From NCBI GenBank assembly GCA_051313645.2, contig JBNRSN020000089.1, forward strand, positions 2,976,001-3,040,000: DNA of 64,000 bases. The letters run 5' to 3'. Positions 30,301 to 45,300 of this stretch are shown piece after piece; the first letter of the stretch is position 1; each line of letters starts with the position of its first letter. Below the pieces are notes generated by a model that ran no database searches, was not told the origin of the DNA, and saw nothing but the letters and a program-made list of their open reading frames with translations. The DNA comes from Centroscyllium fabricii. Lineage: Eukaryota. A program made the translations under genes and the position numbers.

Positions 30301-33300
30301 AATATCCATATGTGTACAATAAATCAGACATTATCCATTCCTGAACAATACATCAGACATTATCCATCTGTGTACAATACATCAGATATTGACCATCTTT
30401 GAACAATACATCAGACATTATCCATCTGTGTACAATACATCAGACAATATCCATCTGTGTACAATATATCAGGGAATGTCCATCTGTGAACAATACATCA
30501 GACAATGTCCATCTGTGTACAATACATCAGACATTGTCCATCTGTGAACAATACATCAGACAATATCCATCTGTGTTCAACACATCAGACATTATCCATC
30601 TGTGTACAATACATCAGACATTATCCATCTGTGAACAATACATCAGACAATATCCATCTGTGTACAATACATCAGACAAATGTCCATCTGTGTACAATAC
30701 ATCAGACAATATCGATCTGTGTACAATACATCAGACAATGTCCATCTGTGTACAATATATCAGACAATATCCATCTGTGAACAATACATTAAAAAATGTC
30801 CATCTGTGTACAATACATCAGATATTATCCATCTGTGAACAATACATCAGACAATATCCATCTGTGTACAATACATCAGACAATATCCATCTGTGCACAA
30901 TACATCAGAAAATGTCCATCTGTGTACAATACATCAGACAATATCCATCTGTGTACAATACATCAGCCATTATCGATCTGCGAACAATAGAGCAGATATT
31001 ATCCATCTGTGTACAATAAATCAGACATTGTCCAACTGTGAACAATACATCAGACATTATCCATCTGTGTACATTACATCAGACAATATCCATCTGTGTA
31101 CAATAAATCAGATAATGTCCATCTGTGTTCATTCCATCAGACAATATCCATCTGTGTACAATACATCGGAGAATGTCCATCTGTGTAGAGTACATCAGAC
31201 AATATCCATCTGTGAACAATACGTCAGACAATGTCCATCTGTGTACAATACATCAAACAATATCCAGCTGTGTAGAATACATCAGACAATGTCCATCTGT
31301 GAACAATACATCAGAGAATGTCCATCTGTGTACAATACATCAGACAATGTCCATCTGTGTACAATACATCAGACAATATGCACCTGTGTACAATACATCA
31401 GACAATGTCCATCTGTGTACAATACATCAGACATTGTCCATCTGTGAACAATACATCAGACCATATCTATCTGTGTACAATACATCAGACAATGTCCATC
31501 TGTGCACAATACATCAGACAATGACCATCTGTGTACAATACATCAGACAAATGTCCATCTGTGTACAATACATCAGACAATATCCATCTGTGAACAATAC
31601 ATCAGACAGTGTCCATCAGTGTACAATAAATCAGACAATGTCCATCTGTGAACAATACATCAGACAATATCCAGCTGTGTACAATATATCAGAAAAATAT
31701 CCATCTGTGTACAATACATCAGACAATATCCATCAGTGTACAATATATCAGACAATATCCACCTGTGTACAATACATCAGACAATATCCATCTGTGAACA
31801 ATATATCAGAAAATTTCCATCTGTGCACAATACATAAGACATTATCAATCTGTGTACAATACATCAGACATTATCCATCTGTGTAGAATACATCAGACAA
31901 TATCCATCTCTGTATAATACATCAGAAAATGTCCATCTGTGTACAATACATCAGACATTATCCATCTGTGAACAATACATCAGACAATATCAATCGGTGT
32001 ACAAAAATTCAGACAATGTCCAACTGTGTACAATACATCAGAAAATGTCCATCTGTGAACAATACATCAGACAATGTCCATCTGTGCACAATACATCAGA
32101 CATTATCCATCTGTGTGCATTACATCAGACAATATCCATCTGTGTACAATACATCAGATAATGTCCATCTGTGTACATTCCATCAGACAATATCCATCTG
32201 TGTACAAGACATCGGAGAATGTCCATCTGTGTATAGTACATCAGACACTATCTATCTGTGAACAATACATCAGACAATGTCCAACTGTGTATAACACATC
32301 AGACAATATCCAGCTGTGTAGAATATATCAGACAATGTCCATCTGTGAACAATACATCAGAGAATGTCCATCTGTGTACAATACATCAGACAATGTCCAT
32401 CTGTGTACAATACATCAGACAATATGCGCCTGTGTACAATACATCAGACAATGTCCATCTGTGTACAATACATCAGACAATGTCCATCTGTGAACAATAT
32501 ATCAGACAATATCCATCTGTGTACAATAGATCAGCCAATGTCCATCTGTGTGCAATACATCAGACAATATCTATCTGTGAACAATATATCAGACATTATC
32601 CATCTGTGTACAATACATCAGACATTGACCATCTGTGAACAATACATCAGACATTATCCATCTGTGTACAATACATCAGACAATATCCATCTGTGTACAA
32701 TATATCAGAGAATGTCCAACTGTGAACAATACATCAGACAATGTCCATTTGTGTACAATACATCAGACATTATCCACCTGTGAACAATACATCAGACAAT
32801 ATCCATCTGTGTTCAATACATCAGACATTATCCATCTGTGTACAATACATCAGACATTATCCATCTGTGAACAATACATCAGACAATGTCCATCTATGTA
32901 CAATACATCAGACAATATCCAGCTGTGTAGAACATGTCAGACAATTTCCATCTGTGAACAATACATCAGAGAATGACCATCTGTGTACAATACATCAGAC
33001 AATGGCCATCTGTATACAATACATCAGACAATATGCACCTATGTACAATACATCAGACAATATCCATATGTGTACAATACATCAGACAATGTCCATCTGT
33101 GGACAATACATCAGACAATATCCATCTGTGTACAATACATCAGACAATGCCCATCTATGTACAATACATCAGACAATGACCATCTGTGTACAATACATCA
33201 GACAAATGTCCATCTGTATACAATACATCAGACAATATCCATCTGTGAACAATATATCAGGCAGTGTCCATCTGTGTACAATAAATCAGACAATATCCAC

Positions 33301-36300
33301 CTTTGTACAATACATCAACCAATGTCCATCTGTGAACAATATATCAGACAATATCCAGCCGTGTACAATATATCAGAAAAATATCCATCTGTGTACAATA
33401 CATCTGACAATATCCATCAGTGTACAATACATCAGACAATTTCCACCTGTGTATAATACTTCAGACAATATCCATCTGTGAACAATATATCAGAACATGT
33501 CCATCTGTGCACAATACATAAGACATTATCAATCTGTGTACAATACATCAGACATTATCCATCTGTGTAGAATACATCAGACAATATCCATCTCTGTATA
33601 ATACATCAGAAAATGTCCATCTGTGTACAATACATCAGACATTATCCATCTGTGAACAATACATCAGACAATCTCCATCTGTGTACAAAAATTCAGACAA
33701 TATCCAACTGTGTACAATACATCAGAAAATGTCCATCTGTGTACAATACATCAGACAATATCCATATGTGTACAATAAATCAGACATTATCCATTCCTGA
33801 ACAATACATCAGACATTATCCATCTGTGTACAATACATCAGATATTGACCATCTTTGAACAATACATCAGACATTATCCATCTGTGTACAATACATCAGA
33901 CAATATCCATCTGTGTACAATATATCAGGGAATGTCCATCTGTGAACAATACATCAGACAATGTCCATCTGTGTACAATACATCAGACATTGTCCATCTG
34001 TGAACAATACATCAGACAATATCCATCTGTGTTCAACACATCAGACATTATCCATCTGTGTACAATACATCAGACATTATCCATCTGTGAACAATACATC
34101 AGACAATATCCATCTGTGTACAATACATCAGACAAATGTCCATCTGTGTACAATACATCAGACAATATCGATCTGTGTACAATACATCAGACAATGTCCA
34201 TCTGTGTACAATATATCAGACAATATCCATCTGTGAACAATACATTAAAAAATGTCCATCTGTGTACAATACATCAGATATTATCCATCTGTGAACAATA
34301 CATCAGACAATATCCATCTGTGTACAATACATCAGACAATATCCATCTGTGCACAATACATCAGAAAATGTCCATCTGTGTACAATACATCAGACAATAT
34401 CCATCTGTGTACAATACATCAGCCATTATCGATCTGCGAACAATAGAGCAGATATTATCCATCTGTGTACAATAAATCAGACATTGTCCAACTGTGAACA
34501 ATACATCAGACATTATCCATCTGTGTACATTACATCAGACAATATCCATCTGTGTACAATAAATCAGATAATGTCCATCTGTGTTCATTCCATCAGACAA
34601 TATCCATCTGTGTACAATACATCGGAGAATGTCCATCTGTGTAGAGTACATCAGACAATATCCATCTGTGAACAATACGTCAGACAATGTCCATCTGTGT
34701 ACAATACATCAAACAATATCCAGCTGTGTAGAATACATCAGACAATGTCCATCTGTGAACAATACATCAGAGAATGTCCATCTGTGTACAATATATCAGA
34801 CAATGTCCATCTGTGTACAATACATCAGACAATATGCACCTGTGTACAATACATCAGACAATGTCCATCTGTGTACAATACATCAGACATTGTCCATCTG
34901 TGAACAATACATCAGACCATATCTATCTGTGTACAATACATCAGACAATGTCCATCTGTGCACAATACATCAGACAATGACCATCTGTGTACAATACATC
35001 AGACAAATGTCCATCTGTGTACAATACATCAGACAATATCCATCTGTGAACAATACATCAGACAGTGTCCATCTGTGTACAATAAATCAGACAATGTCCA
35101 TCTGTGAACAATACATCAGACAATATCCAGCTGTGTACAATATATCAGAAAAATATCCATCTGTGTACAATACATCAGACAATATCCATCAGTGTACAAT
35201 ATATCAGACAATTTCCACCTGTGTACAATACATCAGACAATATCCATCTGTGAACAATATATCAGAAAATTTCCATCTGTGCACAATACATAAGACATTA
35301 TCAATCTGTGTACAATACATCAGACATTATCCATCTGTGTAGAATACATCAGACAATATCCATCTCTGTATAATACATCAGAAAATGTCCATCTGTGTAC
35401 AATACATCAGACATTATCCATCTGTGAACAATACATCAGACAATATCAATCGGTGTACAAAAATTCAGACAATGTCCAACTGTGTACAATACATCAGAAA
35501 ATGTCCATCTGTGTACAATACATCAGACAATATCCATATGTGTACAATACATCAGACTTTATCCATCTGTGAACAATACATCAGACATTATCCATCTGTG
35601 TACAATACATCAGACATTGTCCATCTGTGAACAATACATCAGACATTATCCATCTGTGTACAATACATCAGACAATATCCATCTGTGTACAATACATCAG
35701 AGAATGTCCATCTGTGAACAACACATCAGACAATATCCATCTGTGTAGAATACATCAGAAAATGTCCATCTGAGAACAATACATAAGACATTATCCATCT
35801 GTGTACAATACATCAGACGTTATCCATCTGTGAACAATACGTGAGAAAATGTACATCTGTGTGCAATCCATCAGACAATATCCATGTGTGTACAATACAT
35901 CAGAGAATGTCCATCTGTGTACAGTACATCAGACATTATCCATCTGTGAACAATAATTCAGACAATGTCCATCTTTGCACAATACATCAGACAATATCCA
36001 TCTGTGTACAATACATCAGACAATGTCCATCTGTAAACAATATATCATACAATGTCCATCTGTGGACAATATATCATACAATATCCAGCTGTGTACAATA
36101 CATCCTAAAAATGTTCATCTGTGTACAATACATCAGACAATATCAATCAGTGTACAATACATCAGACAATTTCCACCTGTGTACAATACATCAGACAATA
36201 TCCATCTGTGAACAATATATCAGAAAATGTCCATCTGTGCACAATACATAAGACATTATCAATCTGTGTACAATACATCAGACATTATCCATCTGTGTAG

Positions 36301-39300
36301 AATACATCAGACAATATCCATCCCTGTATAATATATCAGAAAAATATCCATCTGTGTACAATACATCAGACAATATCCATCAGTGTACAATATATCAGAC
36401 AATTTCCACCTGTGTACAATACATCAGACAATATCCATCTGTGAACAATATATCAGAAAATTTCCATCTGTGCACAATACATAAGACATTATCAATCTGT
36501 GTACAATACATCAGACATTATCCATCTGTGTAGAATACATCAGACAATATCCATCTCTGTATAATACATCAGAAAATGTCCATCTGTGTACAATACATCA
36601 GACATTTTCCATCTGTGAACAATATATCAGACAATATCAATCTGTGTACAAAAATTCAGACAATATCCAACTGTGTACAATACATCAGAAAATGTCCATC
36701 TGTGTACAATTCATCAGACAATATCCATATGTGTACAATACATCAGACTTTATCCATCTGTGAACAATACATCAGACATTATCCATCTGTGTATAATACA
36801 TCAGACATTGTCCATCTGTGAACAATACTTCAGACATTATCCATCTGTGTACAATACATCAGACAATATCCATCTGTGTACAATACATCAGAGAATGTCC
36901 ATCTGTGAACAACACATCAGACAATATCCATCTGTGTAGAATACATCAGAAAATGTCCATCTGTGAACAATACATAAGACATTATCCATCTGTGTACAAT
37001 ACATCAGACGTTATCCATCTGTGAACAATACATGAGAAAATGTACATCTGTGTGCAATCCATCAGACAATATCCATGTGTGTACAATACATCAGAGAATG
37101 TCCATCTGTGTACAGTACATCAGACATTATCCATCTGTGAACAATAATTCAGACAATGTCCCTCTGTGCACAATACATCAGACAATATCCATCTGTGTAC
37201 AATACATCAGACAATTTCCATCTGTGAACAATATATCAGACAATGTCCATCTGTGGACAATATATCATACAATATCCAGCTGTGTACAATACATCCTAAA
37301 AATGTTCATCTGTGTACAATACATCAGACAATATCAATCAGTGTACAATACATCAGACAATTTCCACCTGTGTACAATACATCAGACAATATCCATCTGT
37401 GAAAAATATATCAGAAAATGTCCATCTGTGCACAATACATAAGACATTATCAATCTGTGTACAATACATCAGACATTATCCATCTGTGTAGAATACATCA
37501 GACAATATCCATCTCTGTATAATACATCAGAAAATGTCCATCTGTGTACAATACATCAGACATTATACATCTGTGAACAATACATCAGACAATATCCATC
37601 TGTGTACAAAAAATCAGACAATATCCAACTGTGTACAATACATCAGAAAATGTCCATCTGTGTACAATACATCAGACATTATCCATCTGTGAACAATACA
37701 TCAGACATTATCCATCTGTGTACAATATATCAGACATTGTCCGTCTGTGAACAATACATCAGACATTATTCATCTGTGTACAATACATCAGACAATATCC
37801 ATCTGTGTACAATACATCAGAGAATGTCCATCTGTGAACAATACATCAGACAATATCCATCTGTGTAAAATACATCAGAAAATGTCCATCTGTGAACAAT
37901 ATATAAGACATTATCCATCTGTGTACAATACATCAGACATTATCCATCTGTGTACAATACATGATAAAATGTCCATCTGTGTGCAATCCATCAGACAATA
38001 TCCATCTGTGTACAATACATCAGAGAATGTCCATCTGTGTACAATACATCAGACATTGTCCCTCTATGTACAATACATCAGACAATGTCCATCTGTGAAC
38101 AATACATCAGACAATGTCCATCTGTGTACAATACATCAGACAATGTCCATCTGTGAACAATACATCAGACAATATTCATCTGTGTACAATACATCAGACA
38201 ATGTCCATCTGTGTACAATACATCAGACAATGCCCATCTGTGAACAATACATCAGATAATGTCCATCTGTGTACAATACATCAGACATTGTCCATCTGTG
38301 TACAATACATCAGACATTCCATCTTTGTACAAGACATCAGAAAATGTCCATCTGTGTACAATGCATCAGACACTGTCCTCTGTGAACAATACATCAGACA
38401 ATATCCATCTGTGTACAAAATATCAGACATTGTCTCTCTGTGAACAATACATAGACAATATCCATCTGTGTACAATACATCAGACATTGTCCCTCTGTGT
38501 ACAATACATCAGACAATGTCCATCTGTGAACAATACATCAGACAATATCCATCTGTGTACAATACATCAAACAATATCCATCTATGTACAATAAAACAGA
38601 AAATGTCCATCTGTGTACAATACATCAGAAAGTATCCATCTGTGTACAGTACATCAGAAAATGTCCATCTGTGTACAATACATCAGACAATATCCATCTG
38701 TGTACAATACATCAGACAATATCCATCTGTGCACAGTACATCAGACAATGTCCATCTGTGTACAATACATCAGACAATATCCATCTGTGTACAATACATC
38801 AGACAATGTCCATCTGTGAACAATACATCAGACAATGTCCATCTGTGCTCAATACATCAGACATTATCCATCTGTGTGCATTACATCAGACAATATCCAT
38901 CTGTGTACAATACATCAGATAATGTCCATCTGTGTACATTCCATCAGACAATATCCATCTGTGTACAAGACATCGGAGAATGTCCATCTGTGTATAGTAC
39001 ATCAGACACTATCTATCTGTGAACAATACATCAGACAATGTCCAACTGTGTATAACACATCAGACAATATCCAGCTGTGTAGAATATATCAGACAATGTC
39101 CATCTGTGAACAATACATCAGAGAATGTCCATCTGTGTACAATACATCAGACAATGTCCATCTGTGTACAATACATCAGACAATATGCGCCTGTGTACAA
39201 TACATCAGACAATGTCCATCTGTGTACAATACATCAGACATTGTCCATCTGTGAACAATATATCAGACAATATACATCTGTGTACAATAGATCAGCCAAT

Positions 39301-42300
39301 GTTCATCTGTGTGCAATACATCAGACAATATCCATCTGTGAACAATATATCAGACTTTATCCATCTGTGTACAATACATCAGACATTGACCATCTGTGAA
39401 CAATACATCAGACATTATCCATCTGTGTACAATACATCAGACAATATCCATCTGTGTACAATATATCAGAGAATGTCCAACTGTGAACAATACATCAGAC
39501 AATGTCCATTTGTGTACAATACATCAGACATTATCCACCTGTGAACAATACATCAGACAATATCCATCTGTGTTCAATACATCAGACATTATCCATCTGT
39601 GTACAATACATCAGACATTATCCATCTGTGAACAATACATCAGACAATGTCCATCTATGTACAATACATCAGACAATATCCAGCTGTGTAGAACATATCA
39701 GACAATTTCCATCTGTGAACAATACATCAGAGAATGACCTTCTGTGTACAATACATCAGACAATGGCCATCTGTATACAATACATCAGACAATATGCACC
39801 TATGTACAATACATCAGACAATATCCATATGTGTACAATACATCAGACAATGTCCATCTGTGGACAATACATCAGACAATATCCATCTGTGTACAATACA
39901 TCAGACAATGTCCATCTATGTACAATACATCAGACAATGACCATCTGTGTACAATACATCAGACAAATGTCCATCTGTATACAATACATCAGACAATATC
40001 CATCTGTGAACAATATATCAGACAGTGTCCATCTGTGCACAATAAATCAGACAATATCCACCTTTGTACAATACATCAACCAATGTCCATCTGTGAACAA
40101 TATATAAGACAATATCCAGCTGTGTACAATATATCAGAAAAATATCCATCTGTGTACAAGACAACTGACAATATCCATCAGTGTACAATACATCAGACAA
40201 TTTCCACCTGTGTAAAATACACCAGACAATATCCATCTGTGAACAATATATCAGAACATGTCCATCTGTGCACAATACATAAGACATTATCAATCTGTGT
40301 ACAATACATCAGACATTATCCATCTTTGTAGAATACTTCAGACAATATCCATCTCTGTATAATACATCAGAAAATGTCCATCTGTGTACAATACATCAGA
40401 CATTATCCATCTGTGAACAATACATCAGACAATATCCATCTGTGTACAAAAATTCAGACAATATCCAACTGTGTACAATACATCAGAAAATGTCCATCTG
40501 TGTACAATACATCAGACAATATCCATATGTGTACAATAAATCAGACATTATCCATTCCTGAACAATACATCAGACATTATCCATCTGTGTACAATACATC
40601 AGATATTGACCATCTTTGAACAATACATCAGACATTATCCATCTGTGTACAATACATCAGACAATATCCATCTGTGTACAATATATCAGGGAATGTCCAT
40701 CTGTGAACAATACATCAGACAATGTCCATCTGTGTACAATACATCAGACATTGTCCATCTGTGAACAATACATCAGACAATATCCATCTGTGTTCAACAC
40801 ATCAGACATTATCCATCTGTGTACAATACATCAGACATTATCCATCTGTGAACAATACATCAGACAATATCCATCTGTGTACAATACATCAGACAAATGT
40901 CCATCTGTGTACAATACATCAGACAATATCGATCTGTGTACAATACATCAGACAATGTCCATCTGTGTACAATATATCAGACAATATCCATCTGTGAACA
41001 ATACATTAAAAAATGTCCATCTGTGTACAATACATCAGATATTATCCATCTGTGAACAATACATCAGACAATATCCATCTGTGTACAATACATCAGACAA
41101 TATCCATCTGTGCACAATACATCAGAAAATGTCCATCTGTGTACAATACATCAGACAATATCCATCTGTGTACAATACATCAGCCATTATCGATCTGCGA
41201 ACAATAGAGCAGATATTATCCATCTGTGTACAATAAATCAGACATTGTCCAACTGTGAACAATACATCAGACATTATCCATCTGTGTACATTACATCAGA
41301 CAATATCCATCTGTGTACAATAAATCAGATAATGTCCATCTGTGTTCATTCCATCAGACAATATCCATCTGTGTACAATACATCGGAGAATGTCCATCTG
41401 TGTAGAGTACATCAGACAATATCCATCTGTGAACAATACGTCAGACAATGTCCATCTGTGTACAATACATCAAACAATATCCAGCTGTGTAGAATACATC
41501 AGACAATGTCCATCTGTGAACAATACATCAGAGAATGTCCATCTGTGTACAATATATCAGACAATGTCCATCTGTGTACAATACATCAGACAATATGCAC
41601 CTGTGTACAATACATCAGACAATGTCCATCTGTGTACAATACATCAGACATTGTCCATCTGTGAACAATACATCAGACCATATCTATCTGTGTACAATAC
41701 ATCAGACAATGTCCATCTGTGCACAATACATCAGACAATGACCATCTGTGTACAATACATCAGACAAATGTCCATCTGTGTACAATACATCAGACAATAT
41801 CCATCTGTGAACAATACATCAGACAGTGTCCATCTGTGTACAATAAATCAGACAATGTCCATCTGTGAACAATACATCAGACAATATCCAGCTGTGTACA
41901 ATATATCAGAAAAATATCCATCTGTGTACAATACATCAGACAATATCCATCAGTGTACAATATATCAGACAATTTCCACCTGTGTACAATACATCAGACA
42001 ATATCCATCTGTGAACAATATATCAGAAAATTTCCATCTGTGCACAATACATAAGACATTATCAATCTGTGTACAATACATCAGACATTATCCATCTGTG
42101 TAGAATACATCAGACAATATCCATCTCTGTATAATACATCAGAAAATGTCCATCTGTGTACAATACATCAGACATTATCCATCTGTGAACAATACATCAG
42201 ACAATATCAATCGGTGTACAAAAATTCAGACAATGTCCAACTGTGTACAATACATCAGAAAATGTCCATCTGTGTACAATACATCAGACAATATCCATAT

Positions 42301-45300
42301 GTGTACAATACATCAGACTTTATCCATCTGTGAACAATACATCAGACATTATCCATCTGTGTACAATACATCAGACATTGTCCATCTGTGAACAATACAT
42401 CAGACATTATCCATCTGTGTACAATACATCAGACAATATCCATCTGTGTACAATACATCAGAGAATGTCCATCTGTGAACAACACATCAGACAATATCCA
42501 TCTGTGTAGAATACATCAGAAAATGTCCATCTGAGAACAATACATAAGACATTATCCATCTGTGTACAATACATCAGACGTTATCCATCTGTGAACAATA
42601 CGTGAGAAAATGTACATCTGTGTGCAATCCATCAGACAATATCCATGTGTGTACAATACATCAGAGAATGTCCATCTGTGTACAGTACATCAGACATTAT
42701 CCATCTGTGAACAATAATTCAGACAATGTCCATCTTTGCACAATACATCAGACAATATCCATCTGTGTACAATACATCAGACAATGTCCATCTGTAAACA
42801 ATATATCATACAATGTCCATCTGTGGACAATATATCATACAATATCCAGCTGTGTACAATACATCCTAAAAATGTTCATCTGTGTACAATACATCAGACA
42901 ATATCAATCAGTGTACAATACATCAGACAATTTCCACCTGTGTACAATACATCAGACAATATCCATCTGTGAACAATATATCAGAAAATGTCCATCTGTG
43001 CACAATACATAAGACATTATCAATCTGTGTACAATACATCAGACATTATCCATCTGTGTAGAATACATCAGACAATATCCATCCCTGTATAATATATCAG
43101 AAAAATATCCATCTGTGTACAATACATCAGACTATATCCATCAGTGTACAATATATCAGACAATTTCCACCTGTGTACAATACATCAGACAATATCCATC
43201 TGTGAACAATATATCAGAAAATTTCCATCTGTGCACAATACATAAGACATTATCAATCTGTGTACAATACATCAGACATTATCCATCTGTGTAGAATACA
43301 TCAGACAATATCCATCTCTGTATAATACATCAGAAAATGTCCATCTGTGTACAATACATCAGACATTTTCCATCTGTGAACAATATATCAGACAATATCA
43401 ATCTGTGTACAAAAATTCAGACAATATCCAACTGTGTACAATACATCAGAAAATGTCCATCTGTGTACAATTCATCAGACAATATCCATATGTGTACAAT
43501 ACATCAGACTTTATCCATCTGTGAACAATACATCAGACATTATCCATCTGTGTATAATACATCAGACATTGTCCATCTGTGAACAATACTTCAGACATTA
43601 TCCATCTGTGTACAATACATCAGACAATATCCATCTGTGTACAATACATCAGAGAATGTCCATCTGTGAACAACACATCAGACAATATCCATCTGTGTAG
43701 AATACATCAGAAAATGTCCATCTGTGAACAATACATAAGACATTATCCATCTGTGTACAATACATCAGACGTTATCCATCTGTGAACAATACATGAGAAA
43801 ATGTACATCTGTGTGCAATCCATCAGACAATATCCATGTGTGTACAATACATCAGAGAATGTCCATCTGTGTACAGTACATCAGACATTATCCATCTGTG
43901 AACAATAATTCAGACAATGTCCCTCTGTGCACAATACATCAGACAATATCCATCTGTGTACAATACATCAGACAATTTCCATCTGTGAACAATATATCAG
44001 ACAATGTCCATCTGTGGACAATATATCATACAATATCCAGCTGTGTACAATACATCCTAAAAATGTTCATCTGTGTACAATACATCAGACAATATCAATC
44101 AGTGTACAATACATCAGACAATTTCCACCTGTGTACAATACATCAGACAATATCCATCTGTGAAAAATATATCAGAAAATGTCCATCTGTGCACAATACA
44201 TAAGACATTATCAATCTGTGTACAATACATCAGACATTATCCATCTGTGTAGAATACATCAGACAATATCCATCTCTGTATAATACATCAGAAAATGTCC
44301 ATCTGTGTACAATACATCAGACATTATACATCTGTGAACAATACATCAGACAATATCCATCTGTGTACAAAAAATCAGACAATATCCAACTGTGTACAAT
44401 ACATCAGAAAATGTCCATCTGTGTACAATACATCAGACATTATCCATCTGTGAACAATACATCAGACATTATCCATCTGTGTACAATATATCAGACATTG
44501 TCCGTCTGTGAACAATACATCAGACATTATTCATCTGTGTACAATACATCAGACAATATCCATCTGTGTACAATACATCAGAGAATGTCCATCTGTGAAC
44601 AATACATCAGACAATATCCATCTGTGTAAAATACATCAGAAAATGTCCATCTGTGAACAATATATAAGACATTATCCATCTGTGTACAATACATCAGACA
44701 TTATCCATCTGTGTACAATACATGATAAAATGTCCATCTGTGTGCAATCCATCAGACAATATCCATCTGTGTACAATACATCAGAGAATGTCCATCTGTG
44801 TACAATACATCAGACATTGTCCCTCTATGTACAATACATCAGACAATGTCCATCTGTGAACAATACATCAGACAATGTCCATCTGTGTACAATACATCAG
44901 ACAATGTCCATCTGTGAACAATACATCAGACAATATTCATCTGTGTACAATACATCAGACAATGTCCATCTGTGTACAATACATCAGACAATGCCCATCT
45001 GTGAACAATACATCAGATAATGTCCATCTGTGTACAATACATCAGACATTGTCCATCTGTGTACAATACATCAGACATTCCATCTTTGTACAAGACATCA
45101 GAAAATGTCCATCTGTGTACAATGCATCAGACACTGTCCTCTGTGAACAATACATCAGACAATATCCATCTGTGTACAAAATATCAGACATTGTCTCTCT
45201 GTGAACAATACATAGACAATATCCATCTGTGTACAATACATCAGACATTGTCCCTCTGTGTACAATACATCAGACAATGTCCATCTGTGAACAATACATC

